64,000 bases of DNA, taken from the IMG/VR virus record IMGVR_UViG_3300037487_001316, positions 32,001-96,000 of that record. One strand, written 5' to 3'. This document shows, piece after piece, positions 1-8,161 of this stretch. The translations under genes were made by a program, and so were the position numbers. The notes below the pieces were generated by a model that saw nothing but the letters and a program-made list of their open reading frames with translations, was not told the DNA's origin and did no database searches. Positions within the stretch are counted from its first letter, which is position 1. Each line of letters starts with the position of its first letter. This DNA is from a virus.

Positions 1-3
1 ATT

Positions 4-114
4 ATGATTAATTTAGTAATTGGTATTGCAATTGGTGCGGCATTTGCACCGTTCTGGATGATGGTGTGGGGCCAGATTAAGGCATGGTGGGCAGCGTTCA
101 ACGCTAAGAGGTAG
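4..114 (+). CDS. small membrane protein (36 aa)
   Basis: ATG at 4; MINLVIGIAIGAAFAPFWMMVWGQIKAWWAAFNAKR; hydrophobic; upstream context lies outside the window. Confidence 0.5.
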   Translation: MINLVIGIAIGAAFAPFWMMVWGQIKAWWAAFNAKR

Positions 115-121
115 AGAATTT

Positions 122-195
122 GTCGGCGTAATTCAATGGTAGAATAGGCTCCTTATAAGGGCTCAAATCAGGTCCGATTCCTGACGTCGATACCA
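122..195 (+). tRNA. tRNA-Ile(TAT)
   Basis: Cloverleaf: acceptor GTCGGCG/CGTCGAT, D arm ATTC-AATGGTA-GAAT, anticodon loop CTTATAA, T arm TCAGG-TCCGATT-CCTGA, encoded CCA. Confidence 0.88.
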
Positions 196-203
196 ACTTT
201 TAA

Positions 204-315
204 AGTATAGTTTCAGCAAAATAAAATCTTATCATAAAAGACCGGACGTGGTTCGATTCCACGGTTCTTCGAAAGAGGAATTATTGTAATGGTAGCATGT
301 TAAAAAACTATACTG
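204..315 (+). ncRNA. circularly permuted tRNA-like RNA (YrlA/Y-RNA-like architecture)
   Basis: Outer 10-bp stem AGTATAGTTT/AAACTATACT encloses TCTT-ATCATAA-AAGA, T arm CGTGG-TTCGATT-CCACG, acceptor-like GTTCTTC-GAAA-GAGGAAT and D arm TTGT-AATGGTA-GCAT. Confidence 0.75.
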
Positions 316-385
316 AATATATAATCGTGATTTAATACAAAATATTTTAAACTAGATAAATAGTTTAGATATAAGGTGCTAAATT

Positions 386-805
386 ATGGGTAAGAAAGGC
401 GTATATAGTGATCCTCTGTGCAAAACATGTGGAGACACTGATCCTTCACATTTCTTCAGAAGAATGAAATCGATGTGTGGAAAGTGCCATTCGAAGGACA
501 TAGGAAGAAGGTTAATAAATTCGAGAGAAAAGGCAATAGAATATAAAGGTGGAAAATGCGAAAGTTGTGGGTATGATAGGTACCGTGGAGCATTAGAATT
601 TCATCATAAGGACCCTGCTGAAAAGGATCCTTTAGGATTAAGAGCGTATAAACTTGAGAGACTGTATGCTGAGGTTGATAAGTGTATTTTACTTTGTGCA
701 AACTGCCATAGAGAGGAACACGGGAGACTCCGGCTAGAAGAAAAGGAAGATAGGCTGCATGGCGCGGAAACGGTCTTGAAAACCGTCCCATTTAGTAATA
801 GGTGA
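386..805 (+). CDS. HNH endonuclease with Zn-finger N-terminus
   Basis: CxxC pairs, GGKCESCGY...LEFHH.D...LLCANCHREEH; sits in tRNA array; 3' end overlaps tRNA-Ser. Confidence 0.85.
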   Translation: MGKKGVYSDPLCKTCGDTDPSHFFRRMKSMCGKCHSKDIGRRLINSREKAIEYKGGKCESCGYDRYRGALEFHHKDPAEKDPLGLRAYKLERLYAEVDKCILLCANCHREEHGRLRLEEKEDRLHGAETVLKTVPFSNR

Positions 806-831
806 CAGTTCGATTCTGTTATCTTCCTCCA
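745..831 (+). tRNA. tRNA-Ser(TGA)
   Basis: GGAAGAT/ATCTTCC acceptor, ACGGT-CTTGAAA-ACCGT anticodon arm, long variable arm, TTCGATT T loop, CCA. Confidence 0.88.
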
Positions 832-864
832 CATTTTCCTCCATCTGTTATGATAAATATGCTA

Positions 865-1095
865 ATGAAAGCATCAGAAATATTATGTGAGAAGCCAGTT
901 GAATCAAGTTGGATTACTGACTTGGTATATAACAGGCCGAATAAGACTCTCACTATGAGATTATCAAATGGTATGTCTTACTCGATCCCGGGTATTACAA
1001 GGACAACATTTGAGAGATGGGTTAAATCACCATCAAAGGGTAGATATTTCCAAGAGAAGATTAGAGATACCTATCAAGTAAGTAGATTAAAATAG
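865..1095 (+). CDS. KTSC domain protein
   Basis: VESSWITDLVYN...LTMRLSNG.SY...W.KSPSKGRYF...IRD; start moved to ATG 865 because the longer ORF start lies within the tRNA. Confidence 0.8.
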   Translation: MKASEILCEKPVESSWITDLVYNRPNKTLTMRLSNGMSYSIPGITRTTFERWVKSPSKGRYFQEKIRDTYQVSRLK

Positions 1096-1169
1096 CATCT
1101 GTAACTCAATGGTAGAGTCCTACATTGACATTGTAGTGGTAGAAGGTCCGATTCCTTCCAGATGCACCA
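1095..1169 (+). tRNA. tRNA-Val(GAC)
   Basis: GCATCTG/CAGATGC acceptor, CTACA-TTGACAT-TGTAG anticodon arm, T loop TCCGATT, CCA. Confidence 0.9.
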
Positions 1170-1174
1170 AATAA

Positions 1175-1249
1175 CTGGCGTTCGTATAGTGGAGAATACA
1201 AGAGTCTTCTAAGCTCTTAACAGTGGTTCGATTCCACTACGCCGGACCA
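1175..1249 (+). tRNA. tRNA-Arg(TCT)
   Basis: CTGGCGT/ACGCCGG acceptor, AGAGT-CTTCTAA-GCTCT anticodon arm, AGTGG-TTCGATT-CCACT, CCA. Confidence 0.92.
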
Positions 1250-1269
1250 GTTTTAAATGAAAGAAATAA

Positions 1270-1749
1270 ATGACACACAATTTTACATTTTTTTGGCAAA
1301 ATAGATCACCGTTCTCTAATTGGTATCCTAGTATTTTTACGCATAACGGTATTACCTTTTCACGAGGCGAACAATACATGATGTATCAAAAAGCTATTAT
1401 GTTTGGCGATATTAATACTGCTCATGCCATTTTATTAACAGGTAATCCTAAAGAACAAAAAGATTTAGGCAGAATGGTATCTAATTACAATGATGCTGTC
1501 TGGTCAGCGAAAAGAGTTGAAATAATGGTAGAAGGTTTATTTGAAAAATTTAACCAAAATCCTTTATTGAAAGAAGCATTGTTAAATACAGGCGATACAA
1601 TAATTGTAGAAGCAAGCCCTGTTGATAAGATCTGGGGAATTGGTCTAGCCGAAGATGATCCACGTGCATTAGATCAATCAAAATGGTTAGGCCAGAATCT
1701 ATTAGGCATTACCTTAATGCAGGTTAGAGATGCAATCAGAAAACTTTAA
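1270..1749 (+). CDS. NADAR (YbiA-like) family N-glycosidase
   Basis: FSNWYPS, EQYMMYQKA..FGD, KFNQNP.LKEALLNTGD..IVEASP.DKIWGIG, GQNLLG..LM.VR. Confidence 0.92.
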   Translation: MTHNFTFFWQNRSPFSNWYPSIFTHNGITFSRGEQYMMYQKAIMFGDINTAHAILLTGNPKEQKDLGRMVSNYNDAVWSAKRVEIMVEGLFEKFNQNPLLKEALLNTGDTIIVEASPVDKIWGIGLAEDDPRALDQSKWLGQNLLGITLMQVRDAIRKL

Positions 1750-2203
1750 AGAAAAATTAGATATGGGGATAGACGCAGAAAATCTCGTCTATCCTTACTT
1801 AGTGGCACATAATAGTTATGTAGAAGACTTGCGCCAACAGAAACATGGCGAGTTTGCCGGTCCACGTTTATGTGGCACAGAAGGTAAAGTAGTTCTTCCT
1901 GATTTCCTAGTTTACAATAAAAATCCTTCTAAAGGTACCTTTGCTGTAGATGTTAAATCTAAAAATTCTATCTATACAATAAACGGTAAGAAATGTTTTA
2001 CAGTAGATGACAAATACGAAGATTATAAAAAAGCAGCACAAATCAAACGATTAGATTATCTAGCAATTATCTTTGTCTATGAAGACAGGATGTATATGTA
2101 TAAAGAATCTGATTGCAAAGGCATGCATCAATATACACCTGGCGCATATGGAAATGGCCGTGTATATTATTTCGAATTTGATAAATCCACGATGGTGTAT
2201 TAA
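1730..2203 (+). CDS. putative PD-(D/E)XK nuclease-fold protein
   Basis: G..AE N-terminal helix, LPDFLV...AVDVKSK motif. Confidence 0.5.
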   Translation: MQSENFKEKLDMGIDAENLVYPYLVAHNSYVEDLRQQKHGEFAGPRLCGTEGKVVLPDFLVYNKNPSKGTFAVDVKSKNSIYTINGKKCFTVDDKYEDYKKAAQIKRLDYLAIIFVYEDRMYMYKESDCKGMHQYTPGAYGNGRVYYFEFDKSTMVY

Positions 2204-2204
2204 C

Positions 2205-2471
2205 ATGGAAGGGAGTTATGCGCCTGGCCCCAGAAGCAACAGAGATTCATTCTTTAATAAGATGAAGAAGAAAACAGATGTTCAGGCTGTGCTTGATAAT
2301 CTAGATGGTTATACTGTTGAACAACTTACTAATTTAGAAGGATCTCATTTCCCACAATGGATAAGAGATGCACTAGTAAGAAAGAAAGAAGGTATGACTA
2401 AGGCTGATATACAGGCTCGTGTAGAAGAAATTGCCGCAAGAATGATAGCGGCAAGTAATAAGGATAATTAA
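2205..2471 (+). CDS. hypothetical protein
   Basis: ORF; ATG follows the upstream stop directly. Confidence 0.6.
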   Translation: MEGSYAPGPRSNRDSFFNKMKKKTDVQAVLDNLDGYTVEQLTNLEGSHFPQWIRDALVRKKEGMTKADIQARVEEIAARMIAASNKDN

Positions 2472-2472
2472 G

Positions 2473-2685
2473 ATGGCATCGTTTTTTAAGGAGGGCGATA
2501 AATTGTCCTTCGAGGGTTTTAAAGGTAATATAATTAAGATAACAGAAACATATCGGAAGAATGTTATTGTATTAAAGGTTACAGAATTATCTAGACATAA
2601 ATCGTTTATTGGTAAGAAAATTGAGACAATTGGTTTATTTGAATACCCTGATGGTACATTAGAATTTATGTCTATCATAGATTGA
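2473..2685 (+). CDS. hypothetical protein
   Basis: ORF in tight operon packing with AAGGA SD. Confidence 0.55.
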   Translation: MASFFKEGDKLSFEGFKGNIIKITETYRKNVIVLKVTELSRHKSFIGKKIETIGLFEYPDGTLEFMSIID

Positions 2686-2710
2686 CTTTTATAAACAATA
2701 TCTATATAAT
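2682..2710 (+). promoter_or_regulatory. sigma70-like promoter
   Basis: TTGACT-17bp-TATAAT upstream of glutaredoxin. Confidence 0.65.
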
Positions 2711-2755
2711 TATAGTACGGAACAAGATAAGTAATACCGTATAAAGGGATATTAA

Positions 2756-2989
2756 ATGAAGGTAGAAATTTACGGTAAAGATTTATGCACCTATTGCGAT
2801 CAAGCAGTTGCATTATGCGAAAGTAAAGAGATAGAATATAATTATATAGATGTTGCTGTCGGAGAAAATCTAAAATTCTTGACAGAAAGAATGGGTACCA
2901 GGCCACGTACTGTTCCACAGATATTTTTAGACGGAATGTATTTGCCCGGTGGTTTTAGTGGACTTAAACAGGAACTAGCTAAAAGCTAA
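2756..2989 (+). CDS. glutaredoxin
   Basis: IYGKDLCTYC, RTVPQIF.DG..LPGGF. Confidence 0.92.
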   Translation: MKVEIYGKDLCTYCDQAVALCESKEIEYNYIDVAVGENLKFLTERMGTRPRTVPQIFLDGMYLPGGFSGLKQELAKS

Positions 2990-2998
2990 GAAACAGAT

Positions 2999-3172
2999 AT
3001 GCCGAAAAGATCACCGTACGAGGACGATTACGAATACGATGATAACGACGAATACGATGAAAAACATCGTACTCACCGTTATAAGAAAGAAGATAGAGAA
3101 CCCGAAAAGAAAAAGAGATGGGATCGGGAAAATAATTATGATCATGGTAATAATCACAATGATCGTAGGTAA
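2999..3172 (+). CDS. small highly charged hypothetical protein (57 aa)
   Basis: MPKRSPYEDDYEYDDNDEYDEKHRTHRYKKED...; not in the ORF track, co-oriented with neighbours. Confidence 0.55.
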   Translation: MPKRSPYEDDYEYDDNDEYDEKHRTHRYKKEDREPEKKKRWDRENNYDHGNNHNDRR

Positions 3173-3182
3173 ATAGTTTATA

Positions 3183-3271
3183 GGAAGATAGATTGCTTGG
3201 AGCATAAACAGCCTCGAAAACTGCTCCACTTTGAAATATAGGTGATGGTTCGATTCCATTATCTTCCGCCA
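3183..3271 (+). tRNA. tRNA-Ser(CGA), weak anticodon stem
   Basis: GGAAGAT/ATCTTCC acceptor, loop CTCGAAA, long variable arm, GATGG-TTCGATT-CCATT, GCCA end; anticodon stem has mismatches. Confidence 0.75.
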
Positions 3272-3276
3272 AATAA

Positions 3277-3351
3277 CTCGCTATAGTTCAATGGATAGAA
3301 TAGGAGTTTCCTAAACTTTAGATGTAGGTTCGATTCCTACTAGCGGGACCA
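3277..3351 (+). tRNA. tRNA-Arg(CCT)
   Basis: CTCGCTA/TAGCGGG acceptor, loop TTCCTAA, GTAGG-TTCGATT-CCTAC, CCA. Confidence 0.9.
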
Positions 3352-3357
3352 CACATT

Positions 3358-3675
3358 ATGGATACAGTTCTACAAAAAGAAGTTACTATCCCTGCACAGC
3401 AAGTAAATTTTCTTGAGAGGCAGTTGGTTATCAACGGCTTTAAGAATTTCTCAGTATGTGTTTCAAATAATGGAACTACAGCGGTAATATCTTTCGAAGA
3501 TGAAGCGGAATATACAGTTTTCATCCTAAAAGATATACTTAGGAAAGCTAAAGAAGAATCCGGATACTATTTAATAGGTCCGGATTTTGATTTTATGATT
3601 CGTTTAGAAAAGAAATTAAAATCCTATAGTAAATTTGATGAATTCTTTATTAGAAAGAAAACAATAGATTTATAG
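3358..3675 (+). CDS. hypothetical protein with F.DE.e...F.L motif
   Basis: ORF; ISFEDEAEYTVFILK resembles the motif in ORFs 33451 and 33714. Confidence 0.6.
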   Translation: MDTVLQKEVTIPAQQVNFLERQLVINGFKNFSVCVSNNGTTAVISFEDEAEYTVFILKDILRKAKEESGYYLIGPDFDFMIRLEKKLKSYSKFDEFFIRKKTIDL

Positions 3676-3680
3676 ATCAT

Positions 3681-3708
3681 AAAAAAGCCCACATAAAGTG
3701 GGCTTTTT
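3681..3708. terminator. bidirectional intrinsic terminator
   Basis: AAAAAAGCCCAC-ATAAA-GTGGGCTTTTT between convergent genes. Confidence 0.85.
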
Positions 3709-3725
3709 GTTGAGCAAAATTTCTG

Positions 3726-4838
3726 TTAGACAGAGAATGTTGCACTTAGAGTAGCTTGAACAGGTGCCACATCAGGATCGGGGACAGTTACACTAGGTGC
3801 TACAAAATAACCAGTTCCGGCCACACCACCTATTGATGTAACTCTGTTACCGGTAAGCACTGTACTACCAGCGCCGGCTACAGGTGCAGGTGGTGCGTCA
3901 ATAGTAAAGGCAACCGGGGTAGTATATCCTGTACCCGGGGCATCTATCACTATAGATGTAACTCTATTGGCAGTAAGAACAGCGTGTGCAGTAGCATCGC
4001 TATTTCCACCCACTACAGCTACATTAGGTGCAACAGGATAAAAACCATTTGCAGCAGGATTTCCTACTACGACTGCTGCGTCAACAGCACCGGCGGTCGC
4101 GGTACCGGTGGCGGTAGCAGTTACGGCAGCAGGTGGTGGAGTAATTATAAGCGCCGCAGTGCCGGCATAAAAGCCGTTTGTAGCAGCATTGGTAACTGTT
4201 AAACCCAATACACCGTTTGTTAATGTTCTTGCGACAGTGACAGTGACGGGTGCCGGCGGGGCAGTAAGCGACACGCCCGAATACCCCATACCTGCTGAAT
4301 CGATAACAGCAGTAGCCACCGAACCACCTGCAATGGTAGTATGTGCAGCACCACCACCACCACCGCCAGTAAGTGTTACCGCAGGAGCAGTAAAATATCC
4401 TGCACCGGGGTCATTAACAGCAAGTGTTAACAATGCCCCGACAGAACCGGTACCTGTAATTAAATCAGCTTCGCCTAACGCAGCAGCAGGAATTGTCGAC
4501 CAGCTATAACTAGCGACTGAACCATCTGCCTCAAATAGATCTAATCTATACTGTGCAATTTTTGCACACGGACGAGCCGAACCGCCAAATGGTGTAGCAA
4601 GAATGAAACATTCGCCCGGATTTAATGCGCCAACACCGGTTGCATTAACCATAAACACAATCTCTGGTTCGTGTGTTAAAGCAGAGTCTTGAACAACATA
4701 TGCATTAGAACCTGTTTGTTTAATGATAAAATCGCCTGTTGCTGTAGTTCCATCAGCAAATTTAACTCCGCTAACTACAATTTGTGTACCTGGTGTTGTG
4801 GCAGGTCCAAACCACTTTTTCTGTATAGGTCTTCCCAT
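3726..4838 (-). CDS. virion structural protein with G.GY repeat modules
   Basis: MGRPIQKKWFG N-terminus, Ala/Thr/Gly/Pro-rich repeats (PGAGYFTAP, PGTGYTTP, GTGYFVAP); GATAAATA on the minus strand at 4914-4921. Confidence 0.7.
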   Translation of the reverse strand: MGRPIQKKWFGPATTPGTQIVVSGVKFADGTTATGDFIIKQTGSNAYVVQDSALTHEPEIVFMVNATGVGALNPGECFILATPFGGSARPCAKIAQYRLDLFEADGSVASYSWSTIPAAALGEADLITGTGSVGALLTLAVNDPGAGYFTAPAVTLTGGGGGGAAHTTIAGGSVATAVIDSAGMGYSGVSLTAPPAPVTVTVARTLTNGVLGLTVTNAATNGFYAGTAALIITPPPAAVTATATGTATAGAVDAAVVVGNPAANGFYPVAPNVAVVGGNSDATAHAVLTANRVTSIVIDAPGTGYTTPVAFTIDAPPAPVAGAGSTVLTGNRVTSIGGVAGTGYFVAPSVTVPDPDVAPVQATLSATFSV

Positions 4839-4926
4839 AATATTTTCCTTGAATAGGTCCCCTTAAATAAGGATCTCCATTATTCAGTGTGGAACTATTT
4901 CCACAATGTAAACTATTTATCACCAC

Positions 4927-4955
4927 TTGACACAAAATGCGTTTTGTGGCATAAT
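4927..4955 (+). promoter_or_regulatory. sigma70-like promoter for rIIA
   Basis: TTGACA-17bp-CATAAT. Confidence 0.65.
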
Positions 4956-4989
4956 ACAAAGACGTTGTTAAATACAGAAAGAACACACA

Positions 4990-7134
4990 ATGAAGTTAGA
5001 CGTAGCAGTTAACGAAGTAGTCCTATCAAATGTCGGCACTACAGGCGAATTTAGAATCCGTAATTCAGCTAAAGCATTTGCTATTCTGTCAAGCGGGTTA
5101 TACAGCAATAAAATCAAAGCAATTATTCGTGAACTTAGCTGCAACGCGGTTGATAGTCACGTAGGTGCAGGAAAAGCAGAGGTGCCTTTTGAAGTGCATC
5201 TTCCTACATTCCTAGAACCTTGGTTCTCAGTTAAAGATTTTGGACTTGGTTTAGATGGTGACCAGGTTGTAAATATCTATACCACATATTTTGAATCTAC
5301 AAAGACTGATTCTAATGCATTTATTGGTGCATTAGGCCTTGGTTCAAAATCCCCATTCAGCTACACAGAAAACTTTACTGTAACAGCAATCAAGAACGGC
5401 ATTAGACGCATCTATAGTGCGTTTATTAACGAAGTGGGTGTGCCATCTATTGCTGAAATGAGTGAAGAACTTACAGATGAAGGTAATGGAGTTGAAGTAA
5501 AATTTAGTGTTACTGATCGTTATGACTATAATAGTTTCCGTAACGAAGCGCATAATGTGTTCTATTGGTTTGAACATAAGCCAACTATTACAGGTGATAA
5601 TGCTTTCGAACATCGCGGTGTAAAGTATAAAGAACAGAATGTTGTTCCTGGAGTACACGTTCGCAGTGATTCCGAAAGAGAATGCATTGCAATCATGGGT
5701 AATATCGCTTATCCATTAAATAATGTTCCAGAAGCAGAAAAGCACTTTGGTGAATTATCGTCTCTTTTAGATTGCGGACTGGTACTTGAATTTGGAATTG
5801 GTGATCTTGATTTTGCAGCATCTCGTGAACAACTTAGTTATATTCCGCTTACTATCAATAGTATTCGTACCAAACTTGAACAATTAAATGCTAATTTAGC
5901 TGCTCACTTGGCAACCAAAGCTGATGCAATAGTAGATGAATGGGATCGTGCAGAATTTCTGTATACCGAACATCGCACAAGATTGTATGCTTCTGCTGTG
6001 AAGAAGTATGTAATTGATACTAAATTTCCGTTATTTGACCCAGCATCATATCATGGCAAGAAAGATTTTACATTTCAGCTACCGGATCTGGAATCAAGAA
6101 AATTAGATATGAAAGCATTTCATGTGCGTGGTGATCGATCTAGTAAAATAGGTGAAAGTAGTACCTATATTAATAATACCCATGTTAGAACAATGCTTAT
6201 TCCGGTGGATAAGAATGTCGTTATTGTATTAAATGATTTGAAAACAGGGTGCGTAGCCCGTGCCCGATATCACTTTTCAAGTGATAGCAGATATTACGAT
6301 AAAATGGTATATTGTGTATCTCATACAGATACAGATTTAGCAGTTCGTCAGGCAGAATACAATAAGATTATTCAAGAATTGCATAAACCGCCTGTTGTGT
6401 TAAAGGCAAGCGAATTATCGATAAAGGAACGGACAAAACCATTATCTACAAATGGTATCGCAATCGCCGATCTTAAATCAAATGGCCGGCGTGGCTATGC
6501 AGATTCATATACTTGGTCGCCTTATTCGCAGGAGATTGATGAAAACGAAACATATTATTATGTATGTTTATGTAATCACGAATCTATTGACGTTAATGGT
6601 AAACCATTTAATATATTTAAGATTAAATCATTAATGGATGAATGTGGTGTCAAAGAAATTGAAAATATTAAGATCTTTGGTGTTCGTAAGAATCGTATTA
6701 AAGAAATTCAGAAGTTAGATAACTGGATTTGGATTGAAGATATTCTTAAGGAAGAAACAGCAAAAGTAGCTGATTCGCACATTGCATCATTGGTTGCATC
6801 AGAGATGCTTGACGCTTACTACAATAGAGTTTATACTAATACAACTGTCGCAAAACAAGTTGGACCAGACTCGGCCTATGCTAAGTATGTCAAAGAAGTA
6901 GGTAGTATTAAACGTGCATCAGGGAATGTAACTCAACTTGTTCAACTATGCGATATGTATGGTAAGAAGGTTCAGGTTGAAGCAGTTAAGAAAAGAATTC
7001 AAGACGCAAAAGATGAGATGTATACGAAGTATCCTTTAATGAAATATTTCAAAGATGCGTCTGATAAGGCAACCGAAAAAGATGCGATAGAGTATATTAA
7101 AATGGTAGATAAACAGGAGAAAACAAATGAGTAA
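4990..7134 (+). CDS. rIIA: RIIA lysis-inhibition protein (GHKL ATPase N-terminal domain)
   Basis: LYSNKIKAIIRELSCNAVDSH, VKDFGLGL, YFESTK.DSN.FIGALGLGSKSPFSY; followed by rIIB. Confidence 0.92.
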   Translation: MKLDVAVNEVVLSNVGTTGEFRIRNSAKAFAILSSGLYSNKIKAIIRELSCNAVDSHVGAGKAEVPFEVHLPTFLEPWFSVKDFGLGLDGDQVVNIYTTYFESTKTDSNAFIGALGLGSKSPFSYTENFTVTAIKNGIRRIYSAFINEVGVPSIAEMSEELTDEGNGVEVKFSVTDRYDYNSFRNEAHNVFYWFEHKPTITGDNAFEHRGVKYKEQNVVPGVHVRSDSERECIAIMGNIAYPLNNVPEAEKHFGELSSLLDCGLVLEFGIGDLDFAASREQLSYIPLTINSIRTKLEQLNANLAAHLATKADAIVDEWDRAEFLYTEHRTRLYASAVKKYVIDTKFPLFDPASYHGKKDFTFQLPDLESRKLDMKAFHVRGDRSSKIGESSTYINNTHVRTMLIPVDKNVVIVLNDLKTGCVARARYHFSSDSRYYDKMVYCVSHTDTDLAVRQAEYNKIIQELHKPPVVLKASELSIKERTKPLSTNGIAIADLKSNGRRGYADSYTWSPYSQEIDENETYYYVCLCNHESIDVNGKPFNIFKIKSLMDECGVKEIENIKIFGVRKNRIKEIQKLDNWIWIEDILKEETAKVADSHIASLVASEMLDAYYNRVYTNTTVAKQVGPDSAYAKYVKEVGSIKRASGNVTQLVQLCDMYGKKVQVEAVKKRIQDAKDEMYTKYPLMKYFKDASDKATEKDAIEYIKMVDKQEKTNE

Positions 7135-8161
7135 CGCAGTTCCGTATCTAATTCAGGGTAAGAATATTATCCTTGTTATCGATGGCAAAAGCCACACAAT
7201 CAGCAAAGACACACACATTGCCTATGGCAAGATTGTTGATGCGTTAAAAGCCCAAGACTGGGACGCATTGCGCGAACATGTCGAGCCCGCAAAAGCAATT
7301 GTTAACTTTGGCAGAGGTTATGTAGCAATTAATGGTGGTAATGTATCTTGGAAAGGTCAGCCATTCCATAACGCACTTGCAACACGCATGATCGAAATGT
7401 ATCAAGATGGTTTCCCAATTGACCCAATGGTTCGGTTCATGGAAAACCTTATGCAGAATCCATCTAAGCGTTCTGTGGATCAAGTGTATGGCTTCCTGGA
7501 AAAGAATAGTCTCCCGATTACAGAAGACGGTTATTTCCTTGCTTATAAGAAAGTCCGTACAGATTATCTCGATATTTACACAGGCACTGTTGATAACAGC
7601 ATCGGCCAAGTAGTTCAGATGGATCGTAATTTAGTCGATGATAATCCTGAATCGCACTGTTCCACCGGTCTGCATTTCTGTAGTGAAAGCTACCTTAATG
7701 GTTTCGGTGGCGGCGGTGATCCAGTGATGATTCTAAAGATTAACCCGGCTGATGTAGTTAGTATTCCAACCGATTATAATGGTGCTAAAGGTCGCTGTAT
7801 GCGATATGAAGTAGTTGCACAAGTCAATGGTGATCCGAAAGATGCATTCGCTTCAGTAGTAAATGGTGAATATAAATCTACCACTAAGTTAAGTCCTATG
7901 TCATCCTGGCCTTTCCCAACAGACGAAGCCAGAGAAACATGGCCACCAGCAGGTAGTTGTCCAGGTACCTGTACAGATTGTACCTGTGACGAAGAATTCG
8001 AAGATGATGAAGAACTTTATGACTTAGTTCGTGTCTACGGTGGCTGGGTAGAATGTTCTGATTTAACATTAGAAGAAGCACGTAATAAAGTTGCCAGAAA
8101 TATGGCACAGAAGAAAGCAATGTTGAAGATCGTTAAGGCCGGAACCGACGAAGAGATTTAA
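7127..8161 (+). CDS. rIIB: RIIB lysis-inhibition protein
   Basis: LPITEDGYFLAYKKV, CSTGLHFCS..Y, KINPADVVSIPTDYN..KGRCMRYEVV. Confidence 0.92.
   Translation: MSNAVPYLIQGKNIILVIDGKSHTISKDTHIAYGKIVDALKAQDWDALREHVEPAKAIVNFGRGYVAINGGNVSWKGQPFHNALATRMIEMYQDGFPIDPMVRFMENLMQNPSKRSVDQVYGFLEKNSLPITEDGYFLAYKKVRTDYLDIYTGTVDNSIGQVVQMDRNLVDDNPESHCSTGLHFCSESYLNGFGGGGDPVMILKINPADVVSIPTDYNGAKGRCMRYEVVAQVNGDPKDAFASVVNGEYKSTTKLSPMSSWPFPTDEARETWPPAGSCPGTCTDCTCDEEFEDDEELYDLVRVYGGWVECSDLTLEEARNKVARNMAQKKAMLKIVKAGTDEEI

Noticed and set aside
204-315. Ordinary tRNA-Met(CAT) or tmRNA
   Set aside because: The D arm lies downstream of the T arm, the acceptor stem is closed by GAAA with no CCA, and there is no tag ORF; reported as a permuted RNA instead.
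2979-3524. Minus-strand ORFs 2979-3272, 3011-3259 and 3318-3524
   Set aside because: They are antisense to tRNA-Ser/Arg and to the charged 57-aa + strand ORF; the hydrophobicity of 3011-3259 is just the complement of GAT/GAA-rich codons.
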